This document shows, piece after piece, positions 50,401 through 61,233 of a DNA stretch of 64,000 nt. The translations under genes were made by a program, and so were the position numbers. The notes beneath the pieces are model-generated. The model was not told where the DNA came from, searched no databases, and saw only the letters and a program-made list of their open reading frames with translations. Source of the stretch: Psammoneis japonica (Eukaryota); the NCBI GenBank assembly GCA_008632985.1, contig QPGO01000014.1:124001-188000 (forward strand), written 5' to 3'. Positions within the stretch are counted from its first letter, which is position 1. Each line of letters starts with the position of its first letter.

Positions 50401-52439
50401 CTGGTCTCATGACATTGCTTGTCTCTCAACAGTGCTGTCATCTTGTGTGGTTTCCAAATGTGCACTCCAGGCTTGACACCTTCATGTGATGTTGGCAGAT
50501 CCTGCTCAAACAATTCACAATCTGGGTTGCCCATTTGTCACTTCTCTAAGATCTGTGACCTCATGAGCTGGTGGAAATTGTGGATGTGGTGCATCTCTCA
50601 TGCAGAGTTGTGCAGGGAAGTTGCAGCCACACTTGAATCTGACATGTGGAGTCAATGCCAGCAGCACTGCAGGACTGACCACAATTGGAATGAAAGATGC
50701 ACAGTGACCATGGTCAGAGACCATGACACTCCAGCAACTGGAGGGTGTCCCTGCAAATGGGGACCAAAGAAATCAAAGACCAACTCTCAAATGATTGGGC
50801 CCCCATGAACAATTGGGTGCTGATGCAAACACCCGAGGGAACGGAAGAATCAAAACAAGTTGATGGTGACATGGAGCCAATGGCATCCACCCCTCCTAAA
50901 CTCAAACCACCTTGGAAGAAGATGCAGCAACCGAGGTGTCATCAACACCAGCAATGCCCAAAAATCTCCTGGAAAATTGCCCCAACCTCAAGCCAGGCTG
51001 CCCCACATTCATCACAGCCAATCCCACTGCCCTGGACATGGTGGCGGCAGAGGCAATGCATTGATGATGTCACACACTGCAACAAGCACTTGTGCCACTG
51101 GTGCCAGTGAATCACAGAGAGCCCACTGCAGTGCACACCTGGTCCCTGGCAACCCGGGGCACAACCCATGCTCTCCTCTGGCACCCTTGACCACCAACAA
51201 TGCAGAGATGAGGACAACATGGAGGAGGACTCCAATCTGGTCCATGACATCTCAGACCAGAACAATTGCCTCCAAGAGAAGGAGGGTGGGAAGTCCCGAA
51301 ATGACTCTGACACTGCTCCAGTCACAGGAACCCCAAAGGACCAACAAGTTGTGAGCAACACAGGAAGCAGGCCTTCAACAGTGACCCAACCCAGAAGACT
51401 TGTGCAATGACTCATGCCAGCAGTGCAGGTTGCATCTAGAACCCACAAATGTGGGTGCATGCTCATCATCAAGCTCAGTGCAAAGAAAGAAAGAGCCAAT
51501 GCTGGGAAATGCCACATGAGATCCTGATGGAGATGTTCTCCATGCTTCAAGAAGCAGACACGTCTTGCATGTTGCATCCACCATGGAGGGAAGGTTTGAA
51601 CAAAAAATCTCTGTCCAAACCAGAGGGGTCACCCAAAAACAATGCCCAGATGTGGGGCCACATGCACAAGCACTGCATCATGGAAAAAGAGGTGGAGGCC
51701 TTCTGTGATGTCTTCGTTGGGAGCAACAAATCTCACAATGCCATTGTGGAGAGGATGCAAACTGTTTCTTCCAGGACAATGACATTGGATTGTGCCCCAA
51801 CTCCCCAACTCAGCTCCACTCCCCCTCAGGAACTCTCTGGGCTGGGTGGCTGCTCCACTGCTTTGAGGATCATGACCACGAGGCCCTCAAGGTGGCATTC
51901 CAGAAGGCCACAGGACAGGAAGTTTGCTTTAGATGGAGGAACATCAACACGAGGGACCCAGGGCAGAGGAGGGACATGACAACCAATGAAGTGCATGTCT
52001 TCAAGGCTGAAGCTTGCTCTGAGAAAGAGCATCAGGCAACAAAAGCTGTGCAGCAAATTCAAAGGGCAAAGTTGCTAAAATTGTCCCCAACCACAGGAAC
52101 ATCTTCAATGACAGGTCCAAGCAAGAACAGAGGTCAAACATCTTTGCTCAGTGGCAGAAGCTCAGGCAGAAAAGCAAGAACAGGCAACCTCAATCAACAA
52201 GACGTGTGGCTCAACCTCACAACCATGGCAATGAAAAAACCAGAGTGCCTGCTTCTGGCTCTGACAATCTTGGAAAACCAGGCAAAGTGCACAATGGCCC
52301 CAGCACTCAAAAGAGGCCTCCCCAGTGCTGGCATGTGCAGGAACATGACCAGGGATGCAGTCTGCAGACCACTCACATGCCAAGGGCTTGGCACAAACCA
52401 CCTCTTCATCACCAAAGCAATCTCTCAAATTGGAATGAT

Positions 52440-52717
52440 TGACAGAAATTGAAGGCAAATGGCAAGAATTCAAACAACAACTCCTCACTGCTGTCTAAAT
52501 GGCAGATGAGTCTCTGCTCAGAGACCATTGCAGGAGCCGAAAGATGTGCAAGTCAGTGCAATCGGGCTGCTGTCATTGTTCTTGTGAGCCGTGTGGCTCG
52601 AAAGCAAACTGCATCGCGCGTGCACGCGCGGAGCTAAAGAGCACACAAAACTGTGCGCGGCAAACTAAACAGCGCGCAACATGTCGCGCGCACCCAAATC
52701 CTGTTCAAATCCTGTCA
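52440..52717 (-). repeat. 3' LTR (278 bp)
   Basis: Direct repeat of 60979-61233 and adjacent to the polypurine tract. Confidence 0.93.
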
Positions 52718-52719
52718 CT

Positions 52720-55700
52720 CCCCAGTTTGCTTGAGGAGTCACAGAAACAGATTCGACTTTGGATGGAATGAAGTTCCAGAACATGAGGGGGCGGAGAAGG
52801 TCCCAGACTTGGGAGCAACCCCAATGCTTGCTGAGAATGTCAGCAGGGTTGCGGGAGCCTTCGATGAAGTGGAGCTCAAGGTGACCAGAGGCAATTGCCT
52901 CGCACACGGTGGAATGATGGTGCGGTGTGTCGCTTGTGTAACTTGGAGTGCGGGATGGTGGCACTGTCTACAACCGACTTGTTGTCACCGAACATGCAAC
53001 TGATGTCACGGATCGGGACGCCGAGGCAGCGCAGGGTGATGCGCAGGTCGACAATCTGCTCGACACAAGTCCTTGCGGCAACAAATTCAGACCCGCAGGT
53101 CACAGTCTCCATGGTGGCTTGCTTCTTAGAGAACCAATCAGCCGGGAATTTGTTGAGGAAGTGGAGCATTCCCATGACAGAGCGTCCGGTGAGCATGCAA
53201 TGATGCAAGTTTGCATCGACGCAGTGGGTGGCAGTGACAAACTTGCCAAGGGGCGGTGGAGCGTCCTTCGGGATCATCTCTTCTGCTTCGCCGTACACGG
53301 AATGCATCCATTCATGGGCCGGAGCAGGGAGATCCAAACAGTCGGGCTCTTCCGTGCGGACGCGGAGAGCGCCGTGTTGCATCTTGGAGAGGCAACCACA
53401 GATGCGTTTGGCACGATCCAAGTGGCCTTGATGGGGTGCAGCTCGGAAGCTAGAGAGTGACATGACGGCCGTGGCAATGTCAATTCGACCAAGGGACACT
53501 GCCCATTGGAGGGAACCAACAAGAGACTGGAACTGTTGAATGCCATCGGGCCCCAGCAGTTCGGAAGTGTCCATTTCGGGGTGGTCACCCTTCTCCAGAG
53601 GGGACAGGGCGTTGGTGGCAGGTTTCTCCCCAAACAGTCGTGTGCAGCTGTCGACCATGCATTCGATGTACTTGCGCGGAGACAGGCACAAGGTGCCATC
53701 AGGATCCCGGGAAAAGTCGCAGCCTGGATGGAACTCAATTGGTCCCGCACCCTTGAGCTTGAACTTGCACTTTTCTGTGAGAGTGTCGACGAAAGATTGA
53801 GGGTCCTTCATGGCAATGGCGAGGTCATCCACACAAACGGCAACACATTTGCAGTGGTCGCCGTTCCTGTGCATCCAAATGTCGGGTTCGGCGCGGCAGG
53901 GGAAGAAACCTTCAGCTCGCAGGCAGTCGGCAAAGCGCTCGTGCCAGCGGAGGCCGGAGCTGCGCAGTCCATGCAGGGCCTTGTGGATGACAAGAATGTG
54001 GCCTTCGAGTTTGCCAAATTCGGGTCCAGCTGCAATGTGCAGCTTCTCCTTGGTGGTGGCTTCAAGGTGGGCATTGCCAATGTCGGTGGCCCATGTCTCC
54101 AACTCGCTGAGTTCGGCCAGGAAAATCATCAGCCGAAGGCAACAAAGGGAGACTGCTCCGGAGCAGACACTGTCAACAGGTACGTCCGTGAGGTGTCCAT
54201 CGGCTGTGAGCCGTGCCTTGTGGCGGCCGTCGTGTTTCACGTCGCACACTGGGTGCACTCGGATCTTCTTGTGTCCCGCAGGAGGAGTGGAAGACTCGGA
54301 GGGCCCGCAGTCATGAAAGACTTCGTATTCATCGAGTTGGTCCATCTCGAGATTAGTTGTGTCTCCCCATTTGCGGTTGCCGTTGCGTTCGTCTAGTGAC
54401 ATGGCGTGTTTGTAGTTCCGGGGAACTTTGCATCCGCACTTGCAGCGAGGTGCAGTGTGGAAGGAGCAAAGCTTGGCTTGGTTGGCCATGCGGAGTGGCT
54501 TCTTCTGGCGCCTCGCGATGGTGCGGAACCGCTTCCAGCCATCAGTGTTGAGAAGTCCGTTCTCTTGTGCATGGATGGTGCAGGTGACAGGGTTGTCCTT
54601 GGTGATGATGGCAAGAGGCTCGGACGTGATCTCCCCACTTTCCCATTCAAGCACAATGTTGTAGCTTGAGCCTTTCCAGGTTGGGTCATGAGGCTTCAGA
54701 GGTCCTTCGTGTGACACAATGCATCGAAATTTCCAAACAGTGGTGTCTTCGTCTTCTTGCTCAATGTGATTCATGATGTCGTTGCAGGCCAGGACTTCCT
54801 CGCATTTGTCGTTGTTGACAGAGCAGACACACTCAGTGAGCTCGGGGTTGCCGTTCACTTTCCAGTCATGATCTTCAACGGCCTTGACGATGCGAGCTCT
54901 GTGGCATTGTCCGTCCTCTTGTGGCTGCATGAGGAAGGCGCATCCGATGATGTCTTGCGGATCAAAAACTGGCATCTTGGGTGTCCTGATCTCCCCATCA
55001 GGTGAATTGACGGGGTTGTCATCATGGCGAGATTTGATGATGGGTTCAGGTGGCTCCCCATCAGGAGGATCAAGACGCAGGTTTTGAACGGAAGGATCGG
55101 CAGCAGCAGAACGTACATTTGACCAGTGGAGGATCTTCTGAGTGTCATCAGAAAGAATCTTAAAGGTCATCTGGTGGCCGACGTGCTCAGCAATTCCAAC
55201 AAAGTGTCCACGCAACTCACGGGATTCGGACGGCCAATCAGAGTCATCGAGGTGGAAGCACACAGGTTCCCACCAGTGAAAGCGAAGCAATGGGCTGATG
55301 TCCGGGGTGGAGCCAGTGAGAGTCTTGAGGGGCGTGCGCCAGTGGAGACGTGGGGATGCTGTGTGGTTGAGTGTGAAGCACACGCACATGAGTGCCAGCA
55401 GCCATGTGTGGGCAGGCGAACCGAAACGGTCCATGACGGTGTTCGCCATGCGCTTCATGGTCTGGTGTTGACGTTCGGCAAAGTTTTGGTGTTGCTGGTG
55501 AGGCTCGCTTTGCCAGCTGGAGACAAAGAGGGCTCATGGAATCCCAAGCACCTTGTTGCTGATCTCAACTTGAGCACGGATCCTCGAGTGTGTTGACAAA
55601 CTCCATGTCCGTTTTGGTGCCGTAGACGTCAGTGATGGCAGACTCGGTGCCAACAAACAGTTGGGCGCTGGTGCAACCAGAGTCAACGGCCAGGGTGTCG

Positions 55701-58301
55701 GCACAAACGGTGTCAGTGGCGATGGGCTCGTTGTGGCGGTGCACATTAAGGGTGGGGTTGGGCGATTTGCAGGCCTTCTTAAGGTGCGCACCGGCGGGCA
55801 TGCGGGCGCATTGCGTGGTGCAGTCGAAAGTGCGACGAACCGTGTCGGCAGGTTGGAAACCAAAGCAGGGCCGAAGAGACTCGTGGGGGGGGGTCCGTGG
55901 GCTGCACATTGCACTCCAGAGGCGGAACGTCACCATCCTTGGGGTCAATCGTGTGCAGATGACACTCGTAGAAGACGTCTTCATTCAGAATGAGGTGGTC
56001 ATCGAGGGCGGACGCGTGATCAGCAGACAAGGAGGCGGACATGACAGCCTTGTTGACAACGACACGGTGACGGCAGTTGCCGCACTTGTCAAACAGGTTG
56101 GCAGTGGGATCGTCCTGCAGGTCCGAGATCGCATCGCACCACTGGTCGTCGTCAGTGACAGAGTGATCGAGGACGGAAGGGTCCCATGTGTCATTGCCGG
56201 TGAGGATGACATGTGGCAGGGTGTCCCATTCGTCGTCAGTGCAGGGCCGCATGGCAACACAAGGCAAGCCACCCTTGATGTCAATTGGGATGACACAGCC
56301 ATCAGGTGTGGCGATGCGCTGCAAGCCATTGGGCACCTTGACAGAGCGATCGTTGACATCGTGTTTGCACCATTCGAGCTGGCCACAGGAGTGAATGGTC
56401 TTGCCCTTTCCTGTGCATGCGTGCTGATGGAGGATGGCGACAACGGGACCACGCTGTGTCTCAATGATGGCACCAGCGGTGACAATGGGGATGTCCACCA
56501 ATTGATGGTCATCAATGCCCTGAACGTCGACTTGGCGAGAGGTGCGCGCAATGACGCGAACGTTGTCGCCAGCAATGCTGCCGTTGGCTCCACGATCGAC
56601 TGGAGCACCAGTGCGTGTGGAGTGATGAGCGGAGGCAGAACAAACGACATTGTGGTTGTTGACGCAGCGGCAAGTGCGGCCATTGAGTTCCATGTTGTCT
56701 GGAGGAGTGGGCGAGGCAGAGGGAGCGGCGGATGGGCCCGGTCGACCAGCTTTGGGGGCTTGGTTAGGGGACAACAGGTGTTGCAGATCACCGGGTGGCA
56801 GTGGCCTGCGCTTGGTGAGATGCGCCAGAATGGGATTGTCTGAAGTGGCATCCCCAGGCGGGGCGGGATCACCAGAGTCAGCAAGAGTCGTGGCGGACAA
56901 GTTGACATCACCGTCACTCCCAAGTCGTTGGTCGTGAAGGTTGACCACAATGGACTCGTGCCAGTTGCTGGCTCGTGGGTTGCGAGGAGGCGGACGAGAA
57001 TGCTCAAGGATGATCGCCTTGGAGGAATGGGGCAATGAATCCCAAATCCGTTGGTGGTCGGGAGGGAGACGTTTCCATTGGTCGCCGGTGAGGCTGGGAC
57101 CGTGGGTGCAGGCAGCGTGAGCCTGAAGGACGTCAATGTTGCTGTCGATGTCATGGAACACATCATCGGATGGTTCCTCGGAGCAGACGTCATGTGCGCA
57201 TGTGGCGCGGCGGGGAGCTCGAGGTGTTGTCTTGGGTTGAAACGTGCTGTCACATTGAGCCGCCGCGGAGAGGAGCAAGCCACAATGTTGATCGCATGTG
57301 AGGCTCTTGCCACTCTGCGTGCGATGTTGATCAGCTTGGTTCTTGACGGCGCGGAGTTCCTCGACAGGATGTGCGGCATTCTCGAGCATGACGCGCTTCT
57401 GTCCTTCAGAGAAGTGGTCACTGGCCGGGATGAGTGCCTCGCACTTGTGCAACTGATCCTGCCAATGAAGGATGAACCCATGGGTCAGACCTTTCCAAGT
57501 GCCATCACCAAGGCGTGTGGTGGTGAGGTGCGTGAGCAAGGTGGAGGACTCGACAGAGGCGTGGGTGGAGGCGAGCGCACACTCGGACAAGGAGCGGCAG
57601 ACGGTCTGGGCATCAGAAGACCCCACATTTTTGCGAATGAGAGCTTTGCCCTTGTCGGTGAGAAGGATGCATTCGAAGACGGCGAACATGCACTTTTGTT
57701 GTTCAGCAAAGAGCAGTTTGTCTTCGGGGGTGGTTGGTTTGTACGACGAGTCTAAAATGCACTCGACGTCTTGGGCACGGGCTTGTGCCACAAGTGAGGT
57801 GTGCCAAGTGTGCCACTGCTTGTCGGATTTGAGAGCCGTGAAGGCAGTGGGGTCACGCTTGATGCCTCGCTTGAAATCTCGCACTGGGTCGCGTGCCTTG
57901 GTCGGGTTGGTGACATGCGGAGGTGCAAGAGGTGAGCTGCCGACGGACACAGAAGACATGCAGTCGGGGCTGAGGCAGCAGGCAAGGAACTCATCGTGCG
58001 TGAACAACGAGGAGTCATTGGCAACATCAAGGCCTTTGTGTGCTTTGACAATGTGCAGACCAACTTGAGCTGCTGACATGTTCTTATGACCTCGGGGCAA
58101 TGGGATCACATTGGTGCTGTCATCGCACTCAAGCGAGTCGATTTGGGAAGGTGTGAACGTGAACAGTTCTTGGCATGAGTCCGTGCCGTCATGGGTCAAA
58201 GCCAAATGAAGAGGGCTTCCAGCACCTCGGGCAAGCACAGTTCCAACAACGTGCTTGAAACCATCGGTTTGTTGCTGACGAGTGAGAACCATGGCAGACA
58301 A
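52720..58301 (-). pseudogene. Copia gag-pol pseudogene
   Basis: Gag FKRGIKRD, protease VDRGANG, integrase ATDT/SEPHQQHQNFAER, RT DVKHDGRHKARL/DIGNA/CVDD and RNase H VDAN/SEFVA/GDN/NPADILSK. Disrupted by frameshifts (~55890, ~52895), a short deletion (~55580) and a TGA stop (~55535). Confidence 0.93.
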
Positions 58302-59075
58302 AGACGGTGTCAGGACAAGCGATTCTTGTCAGGATGCGGAGGCAGACTTGAAACTTGAGTGGAAATGGACTTGACTTGAAATGGACTTGACTTGAAATCT
58401 TGAACCATCTTAAAATCAGAAGTTGCCGGGTTGTGTCATCCCGCTCGTTGTCAAGTGCTAAACTTCCCATCCGGTCTGCAGAGTTGTGCTGGCACGTCCA
58501 AACCCGCAGCCAGCAGCACTTTGGGTTGCTTGCGAGCGGAGCAGCGGGTTGTGAACCCCTGCAGGTGGGCTGACTGGAGGTGGACAAGACCCCCGAACCG
58601 TTCTCATTTTACATCGGTCAGATTTCCCGATCAGGCTGGCCAGTTGACGCAGGCGTTGGGCGCTGTGGACAAACAAACAAACGCGGGAAAACACCCTCGC
58701 CCCAACGCAGGGGCTGCAATCACGGCCACTTGCTCTCACAGTCGTCCTCGTGGACCCAGTGGAACTGTGGAGCACCAGCAGTCCGGGGCAGATCAGGTGC
58801 AATGGACTCGGCGTGCTTGTAGAGTGGCAGCAAAGCCGCAGTCCAAAGAGTGGGTTCAAGTTCTTGGCCGTGAAGACATGTGTGTGCATGTGTCTTCAGC
58901 GATGATGATCCTTGAACATGCAGGGTTCTTGACCGTTAACCATTGAATGGGTGCATCAAGGGATGAGGATCAAGGACAGACTTGGACACAACCGTTGAAT
59001 GTGTGTCTTCAGCGATGAGAAGTGGCACAATCAATCCAGACATCCAGCGGTGAGGAGACTTGATGGTGACGTTAA

Positions 59076-60819
59076 CGGGGACCCCCCGCAAGTCTGTACG
59101 ACCATCCGATGGAGCATTTTTTGCGAGTGAAACGCAACCCTTCTCGTGTTGTCACCGCGATAATTTCCTTTTCAGTCTGTTGCATGCCAACCTTGTTGTA
59201 GCTGTCCTGCTGGCGATCCTTTTCAACAAATCGTTTGTTCTGCTCCTGTTGCTGAGGTTTGGTCAAAACGATCGCCAGCAGAAAGTGCGTTTTGACAACA
59301 ACAATTGTGTTTCTGAATGTCGACGTTGCCAAGCGCAGTGATGCTCCAAACTCCTCCAAGCCCACCCAAATGGAAGAAAAAGCTGACGAAAAGAAGCATG
59401 CAATCCCGGTGCACAATGTGTGGTGCTGGCATGGAAGAAACCCGGGGTTTCAGTGCCAGGAGTGAGTCACAAAATGTTGATGTTCTTTGTCATGTTGTTT
59501 CAATGTCTCGCATCTCACAAACATTTGTTTGGTCATTGCAACTGTCCAGCTGTCATTCCTTTCCTGTGAATCATTTGTTCTGCTCCCATTGATGAGTCTT
59601 GATCAAAAGGATTGACAGCAGAAGGTGTCATTTTATGACAACAATTGTGTGTCTCTGTGTCGTCATTGCCAAGCAGCGATGCAACAATCGCCTCCACCAA
59701 TGCCACCCAAATGGAGGTAAAGCCAATGAAAAGAAATGGAGGAAGAAGCGCAAGCAGGAGATTGCAATGCCCCCAAGCTGTCTCTTTGTCACTGAAGAAG
59801 CTTTGAATGTGAAAATGACCACAAATGGTGTCTTTTTGCGGATTGGTGGTGTCAATCAAATGTGCGCACATTGTCAGAGGTGCCAGAGACCAAAAAAGAA
59901 TGCCAAACTTTCTCCTGAGGGATGTTTGCAATGCCTGACAAATGAAGATCTCCTGCCCAATGCATGTCATCCTCCAAGCTGTCTAAACCTTTCTGGTCTC
60001 ACTTGCCACCTGGCCAGCAAACTGTCATTGAACAAATCGTTCTTCCAAATCAAAGGCCACGTGGCGAGATTTGCAGGGAATGGAACTAAGGGAACTTTGA
60101 AACTGAATCCGTTCTCACACTGTAGTTCTCTAGCATGCCTTGCTTCGTCTATTTTCGTCTCCCATCGCGCAATGCTGGAAGCTGTGAAAGCCCAACAAAG
60201 ATCTCCTGCCTCATGCATGTCATCGCTTGTCCAAAGGACACGACACTTTTTCTCCTTTTGAGCAAATGACACCTGGTGGCTTTTCCAAATCATCACTGTC
60301 ATGCATTTTTGAGTCTCTTGTTTTACCAGTTTTTGCTGCTTCATTCAAAAATCGGTCGCTGGGGCCCCAAATGATGCGCACCAACAGCGAGCAGGTCACG
60401 ACAACTCTCTCGTTGTTGTTGCTTGATTTTCGACCGACTGTCTTTCCTCCTCCTCATTGGAAACAGAATGAGTCTCACCGCTTTATTTTGTTGCTGTTTG
60501 CTTGCATCGGTTGAGTGACAGCAGTGCTTGCCGCGGCAGTCGTCTTTGCGCAGAACAACTGAATTTGAGGTGCCTTTGAGGGCGGACGAGACATCGGACT
60601 TGTGGAGTCCTGGAAAGCCACCACGTTGTAATGCCTTCAGCATAAGGTCACCATCCATCCATGTGCACCGCAACGTAGCCGGAAAGGCGGTGACAAGAAG
60701 CCTTGCGGCCTCTGTAATCTTCATCGTTGATTTGCTGTTTTTGTGATGGAAAAAATGCAGCGCATTTGTCATGGAGCGGAAGCAGCGCGGACAACGTACA
60801 GACTTGCGGGGGGTCCCCG
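59076..60819. mobile_element. Non-autonomous DNA transposon with 25-bp perfect TIRs, TTAA-flanked, nested in the Copia leader
   Basis: TTAA|CGGGGACCCCCCGCAAGTCTGTACG ... CGTACAGACTTGCGGGGGGTCCCCG|TTAA. Internal ~170 bp duplication (59230 vs 59570). Confidence 0.88.
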
Positions 60820-60978
60820 TTAAATTCCTGCCGATGCCTGGCATTGAATTCGCGCAGACTTGCCGATGTGCGTAGAACATGTGCGGAGGTCCATGCAGAA
60901 TTGAGGTGGCGTCGTTGGTAAATCAACGACGACGATGGCGGTTGCTCAATGGGTTGACAATGAGCAAGACTGTCAATC

Positions 60979-61233
60979 TGACAGAAATTGAAGGCAAATG
61001 GCAAGAATTCAAACAACAACTCCTTGCTGCTGTCTAAATGGCAGATGAGTCTCCACTCAGAGACCGTTGCAGGAGCCGAAAGACGTGTGAGTCGGTGTGA
61101 TTGGGCTGCTGTCATCATTCTTGTGAGCCGTGTGGCTCGAAAGCAAACTGCATCGCGCGCGCACGCGCGGAACTAAAGAGCACACAAAACTATGTGCGGC
61201 AAACTAAACAGCGCGCGACATCAAATCCTGTCA
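60979..61233 (-). repeat. 5' LTR (255 bp)
   Basis: Direct repeat of 52440-52717 that lacks 23 bp. Confidence 0.93.

Larger units (their letters stand above)
52440..61233 (-). mobile_element. Full-length Ty1/Copia LTR retrotransposon (CoDi-like), inactive
   Basis: Two LTRs with TGACAG...CTGTCA termini. 5-bp target duplication ATGAT (52435-52439 and 61234-61238). Polypurine tract GGGGAG next to the 3' LTR. Domain order gag-PR-IN-RT-RH. Confidence 0.96.

Noticed and set aside
35371..52452. Dozens of Cys/His-rich ORFs as novel zinc-finger or metal-binding genes
   Set aside because: They are by-products of TA/CG to TG/CA conversion and stop-codon loss. They overlap in all frames and lack coherent domains. 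The real gene at 42425-44878 is excluded from this rejection.
52876..55458. Alternative genetic code or Tyr reassignment explaining the Cys/His substitutions
   Set aside because: Neighbouring host genes use TAT/TAC normally at conserved Tyr positions. The TA loss is frame-independent and also affects non-coding repeats.
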